From Nitrospinae bacterium RIFCSPLOWO2_12_39_16 (GTDB lineage Bacteria; Nitrospinota; Nitrospinia; UBA9942): DNA of 42,503 nt. The stretch spans positions 1-42,503 of the forward strand of contig MHDO01000149.1 of NCBI GenBank assembly GCA_001805005.1. Direction: 5' to 3'. Positions 8,246-15,736 of the stretch are shown in pieces. Every line of letters begins with the position of its first letter. Position 1 is the first letter of the stretch. The notes below the pieces were generated by a model. The model did not search any database. It saw nothing but the letters and a program-made list of their open reading frames with translations, and was not told the DNA's origin. Both the position numbers and the translations under genes were made by a program.

Positions 8246-10438
8246 ATGTATATTAAAAAACTGACACAGTCACTAACACTCACACTGTCATTATCACTAT
8301 TATTAATTCTTGCCGGTGAGGTCTTTGCGGACACGCAAAGTATTTCAGATATCCCTTATAATGTCATTAGAATTACTGATGGGAGTTCCAAAGATTATCA
8401 GCCTGAGTTCAGTCCTGATGGGAAGCAGATTGTATTTATTAAAGAAATAAGTAATAGTGAAGGCATAAAAAGTGGTGAATTCTGGCACAAGACACCATAT
8501 TACATGAACCTATGGCTCATGGATTCGGATGGTAAGAATAGGAGACAATTAACATCAGGAGAGGTGCAGGATTTTGCTCCAATGTTTACAACGGATGGGA
8601 AAAGTATCATTTTTGTATCAAATCGTAAACATGGTAATAGATGGGATATATGGTCAATTAATGTAGATGGCTCAAACCTTACCAGAATAACAGAAATAGA
8701 AAAGAATGAGCTATGGGAGAGAATATTTTATCCTTCACCTACACCTGATGGTAAAGGGATGCTTTTCGTAGTTTATCAAGAAGGTCACCCAAGTGTATGG
8801 TTAATGGACATGGAAAGTAGGGCTGTGAAAAGAATAACATCAGGAGGAACTGGAGACGATACTCCTGTGATGTCCCCTGATGGTAAAGATATCGTCTTTA
8901 AAACTTACAGACTCGGAGCTGGTGGTATATGGTCAATAGATAGGTCAGGAAAAAATTACAAGAGATTGACATACAAGTATTATAGGGAGTTTTACCCTGC
9001 ATGGAGTCCGAATGGAACAAAGATATCTTATGTTACTTATGAAAATGGCATTTTTGACCTATGGATAATGGATAGGGATGGCAGAAATAAAAAGAGGCTG
9101 ATAAAATCTATTCCACTGAAACCAAGTGATTTCTGGAGTGAGCATCCTATCGAATCTGGATATTATCGTGTCTCATGGCACCCTTATGGTACAAAGCTTG
9201 CCTTAACCCTTTGGGACCAAGATAAAAAAGAAAGCTATTTAACATTGTTTGATTTTGAAAAAGATATTACCATGGTATCGGAAAGCTTGTCTGATGAAAC
9301 CGAGTCGCTTAAAGATTATACGCTGATTGGTGAAAAAGATATCTCCGGCGATGGGAATTGGGATGATTTTGGTCCGTCTTTTAGTCCTGATGGAAAAACA
9401 ATACTATTTGCTTCTAATAGAAAAGGAAACTGGGGCATATGGAGTTTGGGAGCCGATGGCGAAGGATTAAAACAAATAACAAAAGGGAGCGGTGATGACA
9501 TTGCCCCTGTTTTTAGTCCTGATGGCAAAGAGATAGCTTTTTTGAAGAAGACAGAAGATAAGAAGTTAAGAAGTTTAGAAGATGAGAAACTGAAAAGCAC
9601 AACCTCTCAACCTCTCAACCTCTCAACTTCTGTTATTTCTACCTATGACCTCTGGATAATGAATAGTGATGGGAGTGTGGCGAGACAGGTTACTAAAGGT
9701 ATTTCAATTATATCCTATCCTGCATGGAATCCGAATGGGAAAGAGATTGCCTTTATTACAAAAGGTGATAAAGGTCATGAAATACAATTTATATCCCTTA
9801 ATAAAGATAGTGTGGGAGGTGTTTCTCAAGCTTACACTGTGAACCGACTTATCTCTATATGGGATATTGAAAATGATAATTCTGCAATCTCTCTATTCGA
9901 AAAAAACGAAGATTTTACTTCTAATAAAAAGTATAAAATAGCAAAGATGCAACATTTTTTACCAGAAGTGAAAAACCCTGCATTTATTTTATCAAGATTT
10001 ATAAAAGGAGAGGCGGTTACTTTATCCTATCCATTAAAAGAATTTCTTTATAAAGCCAGTTATAATACCTCCGGTGATAAGATTATATTTGAGTCCAATC
10101 GGACAGGGAACATAGATATATGGTCGGTAAAAAGGGATGGGACAGAACTGACACGAATTACGAAAGGGAATGGACCTCATTTGAATCCAGTTTTTAGCCC
10201 AGATAATAAAAAAATTGCCTTTGCCCATCGTAAAGAAATAGGGGTAAGCATTAGCAATACAACAAACTATAATATATGGATTGCCGATGTTCAAACAGAT
10301 GAGGAGATGATGATTAACGGTGAGGAGCAGACAGACTGGAATCCTGTATTTAGTCCTGATGGAAAAAAAATTGCCTATGTTACCAATCGTTCAGGAGATT
10401 TTAAGCACTATAACATATGGATGCTGTATTTGAAATAA
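8246..10438 (+). CDS. exported PD40/TolB-like double beta-propeller protein (subfamily B)
   Basis: AGGGGAG 8231-8237 upstream of ATG 8246. Classical signal peptide MYIKKLTQSLTLTLSLSLLLILAGEVFA/DT. GEFWHKTPYYMNLWLMDSDG signature. Ends ..NIWMLYLK*. Confidence 0.9.
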   Translation: MYIKKLTQSLTLTLSLSLLLILAGEVFADTQSISDIPYNVIRITDGSSKDYQPEFSPDGKQIVFIKEISNSEGIKSGEFWHKTPYYMNLWLMDSDGKNRRQLTSGEVQDFAPMFTTDGKSIIFVSNRKHGNRWDIWSINVDGSNLTRITEIEKNELWERIFYPSPTPDGKGMLFVVYQEGHPSVWLMDMESRAVKRITSGGTGDDTPVMSPDGKDIVFKTYRLGAGGIWSIDRSGKNYKRLTYKYYREFYPAWSPNGTKISYVTYENGIFDLWIMDRDGRNKKRLIKSIPLKPSDFWSEHPIESGYYRVSWHPYGTKLALTLWDQDKKESYLTLFDFEKDITMVSESLSDETESLKDYTLIGEKDISGDGNWDDFGPSFSPDGKTILFASNRKGNWGIWSLGADGEGLKQITKGSGDDIAPVFSPDGKEIAFLKKTEDKKLRSLEDEKLKSTTSQPLNLSTSVISTYDLWIMNSDGSVARQVTKGISIISYPAWNPNGKEIAFITKGDKGHEIQFISLNKDSVGGVSQAYTVNRLISIWDIENDNSAISLFEKNEDFTSNKKYKIAKMQHFLPEVKNPAFILSRFIKGEAVTLSYPLKEFLYKASYNTSGDKIIFESNRTGNIDIWSVKRDGTELTRITKGNGPHLNPVFSPDNKKIAFAHRKEIGVSISNTTNYNIWIADVQTDEEMMINGEEQTDWNPVFSPDGKKIAYVTNRSGDFKHYNIWMLYLK
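9546..9626 (+). repeat. in-frame STR pair in PD40 gene 5: AGAAG at period 7-8 x6 (9546-9592), (CCTCTCAA)x3 (9603-9626)
   Basis: Read directly. Translates ..KKTEDKKLRSLEDEKLKSTTSQPLNLST.. Same loop as 821-898. Confidence 0.85.
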
Positions 10439-10453
10439 ATGGGAGGTTTTACC

Positions 10454-12673
10454 ATGAACATAAAAATCAGAAGACAGAAGACAGAAGACAGAAAACAGAC
10501 CTCTTGCCTCCACAGGCTAAAGCCTGCGACTACTCATTGCTCATTGCTTTTTGCTTTTTGCTTTTTGCTCTTGCTTCTTGTCGGTAAGGTCTTTGCGGAC
10601 ACACAAAGTATTTCAGATATCTCTTATAATGTCATTAGAATTACAGACGGGAGTTCCATGGATTATAATCCTGAATTCAGCCCTGATGGAAAACAGATTG
10701 TGTTTATATCAAAAATAGATAATACTGAGGCTAAGAAAAAAGGAGAGTTTTGGCACAAGACACCATTTTATCTGAATCTATGGCTCATGGATTCGGATGG
10801 TAAGAACAGGAGACAATTAACATCAGGAGAGGTGCAGGATTTTGCTCCAAGGTTTACCCCTGACGGGAAAAAGGTTTTTTTTGTATCCAATCGAATGAAT
10901 AATAAAAGGGATGTATGGTCAATAGATATTGATGGCTCAAACCTTAAAAGGATTGCAGAGATAGAGGGGGATACAGAACATTGGAGGACAGTACAATATC
11001 CAGTTCCTACACCTGATGGTAAGGGATTGGTTTTAATACTCTATAAAAAAGAGTCTGTAAGTGGTGTATGGTTTATGGATATAGAAAGTGGAAAGACAAG
11101 GAGAATAACTTCAGGGGGAAATGGAGACTATTTTCCGGTAATGTCTCCTGATGGTAAAGAGATTGTTTTTGAAAGCATGAGACTGGGCAATTTGGGTAGT
11201 AGCGGAGATATTTGGTTAGTGGATACATCAGGAAAAAATTACAAGCGATTAACCTATGAGAATTATCCTGAGCTTTATCCTGCATGGAGTCCAGATGGAA
11301 CTAAGATATCATATGTTGCCAACAAAGAGGGTATCATTGATATATGGATAATGGATAGAGATGGAAAACACAGAAAGAGAGTAACAAAAAACATCTTAAA
11401 AGAGGTATGGGGGCGAAAGTGGCTGTCCATGTTTAATTATAACGACTTGTTTGATGCAGGATATTATCATGTATCATGGCATCCCGATGGAACAAAGCTT
11501 GCTTTAACTACATGGGAGCCTGATAAAAAAGAGAGCTATTTGACAATACTTGATTTTAAGGAAGATATTAGTAAAGTAATAGATAATTTACCTGAAGAAA
11601 AAAAGAACCTGTCTGATTATACTCTGATTGGGGAGAAAGACCTTACAGGTGGTGGAGACTGGGATGATTTTGGCCCATCTTTTAGCCCTGATGGAAAGAC
11701 AATAATCTTTGCTTCCAATAGAAAGGGGAACTGGAATATCTGGAGTATAGGAATTGATGGTGTAGGATTAAAACAGCTTACAAACGGGGATGATGATGAG
11801 TTAGCTCCAGTATATAGTCCTGATGGAAAAGAAATAGCCTTCCTTAAAAGCTCAAAGGAATTACTTTCAGCTTATGATATATGGGTAATGAAAAGTGATG
11901 GAAGTGGTGCGAGGCAGGTTACAGAGGGTTTTAAAGTTATATCCTACCCTGCTTGGAACCCGCAAAGTAACGAGATTGCCTTTGTATCAAAAGAGGATAA
12001 AGGTCCTGAGATACAATTAATCTCTCTTAGTAAGGTTGGTCAAGAGGTTGTTAATACTGTTAGTCGGGTTATTTCTATGTGGGATACTCAAAAGCCCAAT
12101 CCAGTTATGTTCCCATTTGCAAAAGAAGAGGAACAGAGAGAGTTCAATCCTCATAAAATAATGAAGATGAAAAAAATGGTTCAAGAGGAAAATAAAAATG
12201 AGAGAAAAGTTTGGAGCGAGGAATTGTTACTCTTAAAAAAAATCTTTGAGATTCCTTATCCATTGGAAGAGTTTCTTTATAAGATTGATTATAATACCAC
12301 AGGGGATAGACTTATATTTGAATCTAATCAAACAGGAAATATAAATATATGGTCGGTAAAAAGGGACGGAACAGGGCTGACCCATCTTACGAAAGGAGAT
12401 GGCACCTATCTAAATCCAGTTTTTAGCCCTAATAATTCAAAAGTTGCATATACCCGTAAGCTTAATAGAAGGTCAGAGTTTGATTACAACACCAGTGAAA
12501 GTTATGACATCTGGATTGCCGATGTTGATACTGGCGAGGAGATGAGGATTAACGATGAGGAGCAGACAGACTGGAATCCTGTCTTTAGTCCTGATGGAAA
12601 AAAAATTGCCTATGTTACTAATCGTTCAGGAGATTTTGAGCATTATAATATATGGCTGCTGTATTTAAAATGA
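10454..12673 (+). CDS. exported PD40/TolB-like double beta-propeller protein (subfamily B)
   Basis: GGGAGG 10441-10446 lies 7 nt before ATG 10454; ORF-track ATG 10439 directly abuts the upstream stop. Leader MNIKIRRQKTEDRKQ..LLLLLVGKVFA/DT. PD40 motifs. Ends ..NIWLLYLK*. Confidence 0.85.
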   Translation: MNIKIRRQKTEDRKQTSCLHRLKPATTHCSLLFAFCFLLLLLVGKVFADTQSISDISYNVIRITDGSSMDYNPEFSPDGKQIVFISKIDNTEAKKKGEFWHKTPFYLNLWLMDSDGKNRRQLTSGEVQDFAPRFTPDGKKVFFVSNRMNNKRDVWSIDIDGSNLKRIAEIEGDTEHWRTVQYPVPTPDGKGLVLILYKKESVSGVWFMDIESGKTRRITSGGNGDYFPVMSPDGKEIVFESMRLGNLGSSGDIWLVDTSGKNYKRLTYENYPELYPAWSPDGTKISYVANKEGIIDIWIMDRDGKHRKRVTKNILKEVWGRKWLSMFNYNDLFDAGYYHVSWHPDGTKLALTTWEPDKKESYLTILDFKEDISKVIDNLPEEKKNLSDYTLIGEKDLTGGGDWDDFGPSFSPDGKTIIFASNRKGNWNIWSIGIDGVGLKQLTNGDDDELAPVYSPDGKEIAFLKSSKELLSAYDIWVMKSDGSGARQVTEGFKVISYPAWNPQSNEIAFVSKEDKGPEIQLISLSKVGQEVVNTVSRVISMWDTQKPNPVMFPFAKEEEQREFNPHKIMKMKKMVQEENKNERKVWSEELLLLKKIFEIPYPLEEFLYKIDYNTTGDRLIFESNQTGNINIWSVKRDGTGLTHLTKGDGTYLNPVFSPNNSKVAYTRKLNRRSEFDYNTSESYDIWIADVDTGEEMRINDEEQTDWNPVFSPDGKKIAYVTNRSGDFEHYNIWLLYLK
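10468..10580. repeat. family-1 leader cassette, copy in PD40 gene 6
   Basis: (CAGAAGA)x3 CAGAAAA 10468-10495. Hairpin CAGGC-TAAA-GCCTG 10513-10526. (CTCATTG)x2 (CTTTTTG)x3 then CTCTTG CTTCTTG 10533-10580. Confidence 0.9.
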
Positions 12674-12738
12674 AGATTGAAGATTGAAGATTAACAGGTG
12701 GAAAATTTAGTATTCAATATTCAGTATTCAATAGTCAA
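12672..12738 (+). repeat. intergenic heptamer STRs (GAAGATT)x3 12672-12692 and (TATTCAR/TAGTCAA)x4 12711-12738
   Basis: Read directly. The first unit overlaps stop codon TGA 12671-12673. Confidence 0.9.
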
Positions 12739-12758
12739 TTTTTATGGAGGGATTTACC

Positions 12759-13715
12759 ATGAACATAAAAATCAGAAGACAGAAGACAGAAGACAGAAAA
12801 CAGACCTCTTGCCTCCACAGTCTAAAGCCTGCGGCTACTCATTGCTCATTGCTCATTGCTCATTGCTTCTTGTCACTCACACTTACACTGACACTATTAT
12901 TAGTTTTTGCTTCACTAGGGTGGACAGGAGGAGGAGGCTCTTATAATAAGAGGAGTGAGATGGTTCTTATACCCGAAGGTAAGTTTTTAATGGGGAGTAA
13001 AGAAGGTGATGGCAGAGTTGGCATTGATATGGGTGTAGATGAGCTTCCCCAGAGGGAGGTCTATCTTAAGTCATTTTACATAGATAAATATGAGGTTACT
13101 GTGGGGGCGTATAGAAAATTTGCAAAGGGACCAGGTGAAGAAGAGAGAAAATTTGCGAAGGGGACGGTGAATTCACCTTCAATTCTTCTTATCGGAGGGT
13201 TGACAGGTGAAAGGGCGAGAATGAAGAAGATGAGGGTTCCAATAGCAGATGATGATTTTCCTATGGCTGATGTGAGCTATATGGAGGCAGAGGCTTATTG
13301 TAAATCAATAGGGAAAAGACTTCCTACTGAAGAGGAGTGGGAGAAGGCAGCCAGGGGTAGTGATGGAAGAATCTGGCCATGGGGTAATAAGTTTGAGACA
13401 GGTATGGCAAACACCATAGAATCTAAAGAAAATGGGGCTGTGCAAGGGGGGAGTTTTACGGCCGATATAAGCCCTTATGATGTTTATGATATGGCAGGTA
13501 ATCTGATGGAGTGGACATCTTCATGGTATGAATCATATCCTGGGAGCAAGCTTGAAAGGCCTCAATTTGGTAAGGGGTATAGGGTCATGAAGGGCGGCAC
13601 CTGGAGTGCACCGTCAATACCTTTTTCCCGTGTAGCTCACAGGTACCCTGTCAAACCTACTGAAAATAATCATAGCCACCGTTATGGATTCAGATGTGCA
13701 AAAGATGCAGGGTAA
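12759..13715 (+). CDS. exported FGE-sulfatase-fold (SUMF1/PorK-like) domain protein, no FGE catalytic Cys pair
   Basis: GGAGGG 12746-12751 lies 7 nt before ATG 12759. Family hallmarks FYIDKYEVT, RLPTEEEWEKAARG, YDMAGNLMEWT, KGGTW, GFRCAKD. The segment equivalent to FGE GGSYMCHRSYCYRYR reads GGTWSAPSIPFSRVAHR, with no Cys. Confidence 0.85.
   Translation: MNIKIRRQKTEDRKQTSCLHSLKPAATHCSLLIAHCFLSLTLTLTLLLVFASLGWTGGGGSYNKRSEMVLIPEGKFLMGSKEGDGRVGIDMGVDELPQREVYLKSFYIDKYEVTVGAYRKFAKGPGEEERKFAKGTVNSPSILLIGGLTGERARMKKMRVPIADDDFPMADVSYMEAEAYCKSIGKRLPTEEEWEKAARGSDGRIWPWGNKFETGMANTIESKENGAVQGGSFTADISPYDVYDMAGNLMEWTSSWYESYPGSKLERPQFGKGYRVMKGGTWSAPSIPFSRVAHRYPVKPTENNHSHRYGFRCAKDAG
12773..12899. repeat. family-1 leader cassette, copy in FGE-fold gene 12759
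   Basis: (CAGAAGA)x3 CAGAAAA 12773-12800. Hairpin CCACAGTC-TAAA-GCCTGCGG 12815-12834. (CTCATTG)x4 12838-12865. CACTYA hexamers to 12899. Confidence 0.9.
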
Positions 13716-13719
13716 TAAT

Positions 13720-14763
13720 ATGTTGTCATTTGGTTATTCAAGTAAAGGAAATTATAAAAATTTGCCACAGAGGCACGGAGACACAGAGGAAATAAGGAGA
13801 AATGGTGAAAGGAAAAGAAATGGAGGAGCAAAAAAGTTATTTTTTATTGCTTTTTCTCCATCTCTCCATCTTCTCCCTTTCTCCTTAGTCTTTTTTGTCT
13901 TTCTCTGTGCCTCTGTGTCTCTGTGGCTTATTATGTCATTTCCCTTAGTGGTTACCGGTGATGAAGGAAAGGATGCAGAAGCACCTATAGAATTGGTCTT
14001 TGTTAAAGGGGGTTGTTTTAAAATGGGAGATATTGCTGGAGACGGAGAGAATGATGAAAGGCCTGTTCATGAGGTCTGTGTGGATGATTTTTATATCGGC
14101 AAGTATGAGGTTACAAGGGGTGAGTTTGAAAAATTTTTTAGTGAGACAGGTTATACTACTGATGCACAAAAAATGGGCTGTTTCGGGAAAGTGGGTTACA
14201 AATGGAGAAAGAGGATGGATTTTAGCTGGGAAAAGGTAGATTTTCCTCAGACAGATAGGCACCCGGCAGTCTGTATAAGCTATAATGATACACAAGAATT
14301 TATAAAATGGTTGAATAAAAAGCTTGTGGTGAGCGAAGCGAATCCATCTGATGGTAAATATCGTTTGCCCACAGAGGCTGAATGGGAATATGCAGCGAGG
14401 AGCGGCGGTAAGGCAGAAAAATGGGCAGGAACAAGTATAGAGTCGGAGCTTTCAGATTATGCATGGTATGATAAAAACTCTGGAGGTAAAACACATCCTG
14501 TAGGTCAGAAGAAACCTAATGTATTGGGTTTATACGATATGAGCGGCAATGTGTGGGAGTGGGTGGAGGATTGGTATGAGGTTGATTATTATGATAGAAG
14601 CCCTAAAAATAATCCTTTAAATACGAGCCCCAGCCATGCAAAGTCAATGCGCAGTGGTCCATGGAGTGTTCCTGTCCATGCTGTAAGGGTATTCTATCGC
14701 GGTAGTGATATACCGTATAGTATATGTGATGGACTTGGGTTTAGGATTGCAAAGACACCGTAG
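13720..14763 (+). CDS. FGE-sulfatase-fold domain protein, no FGE catalytic Cys pair
   Basis: FYIGKYEVT, YRLPTEAEWEYAARSGG, YDMSGNVWEWVEDWY, GFRIA. The start is uncertain: ATG 13720 follows the upstream stop, while ATG 13684 overlaps it. The first ~70 codons run through a nested palindrome (13764-13927). Confidence 0.8.
   Translation: MLSFGYSSKGNYKNLPQRHGDTEEIRRNGERKRNGGAKKLFFIAFSPSLHLLPFSLVFFVFLCASVSLWLIMSFPLVVTGDEGKDAEAPIELVFVKGGCFKMGDIAGDGENDERPVHEVCVDDFYIGKYEVTRGEFEKFFSETGYTTDAQKMGCFGKVGYKWRKRMDFSWEKVDFPQTDRHPAVCISYNDTQEFIKWLNKKLVVSEANPSDGKYRLPTEAEWEYAARSGGKAEKWAGTSIESELSDYAWYDKNSGGKTHPVGQKKPNVLGLYDMSGNVWEWVEDWYEVDYYDRSPKNNPLNTSPSHAKSMRSGPWSVPVHAVRVFYRGSDIPYSICDGLGFRIAKTP
13764..13927. 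repeat. nested (double) STR palindrome in the 5' region of FGE-fold gene 13720
   Basis: Outer arms GCCACAGAGGCACGGAGACACAGAGG 13764-13789 and CTCTGTGCCTCTGTGTCTCTGTGGC 13903-13927. Inner arms GGAGAAATGGTGAAAGGAAAAGAAATGGAGGAG 13796-13828 and CTCCATCTCTCCATCTTCTCCCTTTCTCC 13856-13884. Confidence 0.85.
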
Positions 14764-14768
14764 TTTAG

Positions 14769-15677
14769 ATGAACATGAAAATGAGAAGTCAGAAGTCAGA
14801 AGTCAGAAGTCAGGAGCAAGAAGCTCAAAGGGTTTGCTTTCAGTCTTCAGCTTTCAGCTTTCAGTTTCCATTTGTCTTTTGCCTCTATGTTTTTGCCTCT
14901 ATGCTCTTGCTTGTAGGCAGTGCAAATGCTAATGAATGTAAACTTATGGAGCCGAAAGTTCTGAAAAAATATATAGAAAATGGAACAATATACAATATGG
15001 TCGTAATTGATGTTCGTCAGGAGCATGATATAAAAATGAAGCGTATCGTGAGGGCTATTCCTGCCACTTTTGATAATATTAAAAAAGAATTGGTTAGCAG
15101 GGTGGGTGAGCTTATTGGTAAGAATGTAATTCTAATTGGGGAAGATACGAAGTCTGCAGAAAGTGTATGCAGCTATATGATAAAAAAAGATTACGGAATT
15201 CGTAATATCTTTGTCTTAAAAGGCGGGATGGAAAAGTGGGATGGACCTATTTTAGATGATATTTCAAATGTAGGATGTGAAGTGATTACCTCCCAGCAAC
15301 TTAAAAAGATAATGAAGTCAAATAGAAAGGTTGAGATAATTGATAAGCGTCCGTCAGAAGAGTATTATGAAGGACATATACCAGAGGCAAAATTAGAAGG
15401 TGGTTGGGGGAATCAGTTTCCAATAAATAAGTTCTCAATAAAAAACTTCTTACAGGAACTGGAGAGGCGTAAAAAATGGGAAAAAGAAAATGTTACTGTT
15501 GTATATGTCTATGATAACGAATGGCATGCCATGAGGGAGTGTAGGTATGAAAAATATTGGACATGGGGGTATAAAAATATTTATGTTCTTAGAGGCGGTA
15601 TGAAGGTATGGGAAGGAGAAGTAAAAAAAGATTATCTTGAAATATTGAAAAAGAGAGTTAAGGAGAAACTTAAATAG
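14769..15677 (+). CDS. exported tandem rhodanese-like domain protein, catalytic Cys absent in both domains
   Basis: Two rhodanese-homology units (..VVIDVRQEHD..VLKGGMEKWDG; ..VEIIDKRPSEEYYEGHIPEA..VLRGGMKVWEG). The active-site-loop position reads LIGEDTKSA and VYDNEWHA instead of CxxGxR[ST]. Leader MNMKMRSQKSEVRSQ..VFASMLLLVGSANA/NE. Confidence 0.75.
   Translation: MNMKMRSQKSEVRSQEQEAQRVCFQSSAFSFQFPFVFCLYVFASMLLLVGSANANECKLMEPKVLKKYIENGTIYNMVVIDVRQEHDIKMKRIVRAIPATFDNIKKELVSRVGELIGKNVILIGEDTKSAESVCSYMIKKDYGIRNIFVLKGGMEKWDGPILDDISNVGCEVITSQQLKKIMKSNRKVEIIDKRPSEEYYEGHIPEAKLEGGWGNQFPINKFSIKNFLQELERRKKWEKENVTVVYVYDNEWHAMRECRYEKYWTWGYKNIYVLRGGMKVWEGEVKKDYLEILKKRVKEKLK
14784..14903. repeat. STR leader of rhodanese gene 14769
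   Basis: (AGAAGTC)x4 AGGAGCA AGAAGCT 14784-14825. TCAG at period 7 x4 14838-14868. TTTTGCCTCTATG x2 14877-14903. Confidence 0.9.
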
Positions 15678-15707
15678 AGTCAAAGAGTCAAAGTGTCAGA
15701 GAGTTAA
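15676..15707. repeat. octamer STR AGAGTCAA AGAGTCAA AGTGTCAG AGAGTTAA (left flank of DUF4160/DUF2442 pair)
   Basis: Read directly. Overlaps stop TAG 15675-15677. Confidence 0.9.
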
Positions 15708-15736
15708 ATAAGAATATTGATGGATAAGAAAGATTT

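Noticed and set aside
1-12673. TolB of the Tol-Pal system
   Set aside because: There are six tandem paralogues about twice TolB size, with no tolQ/R/A, pal or ybgF nearby and no TolB N-terminal alpha/beta domain recognisable. Only the PD40 repeat type is shared.
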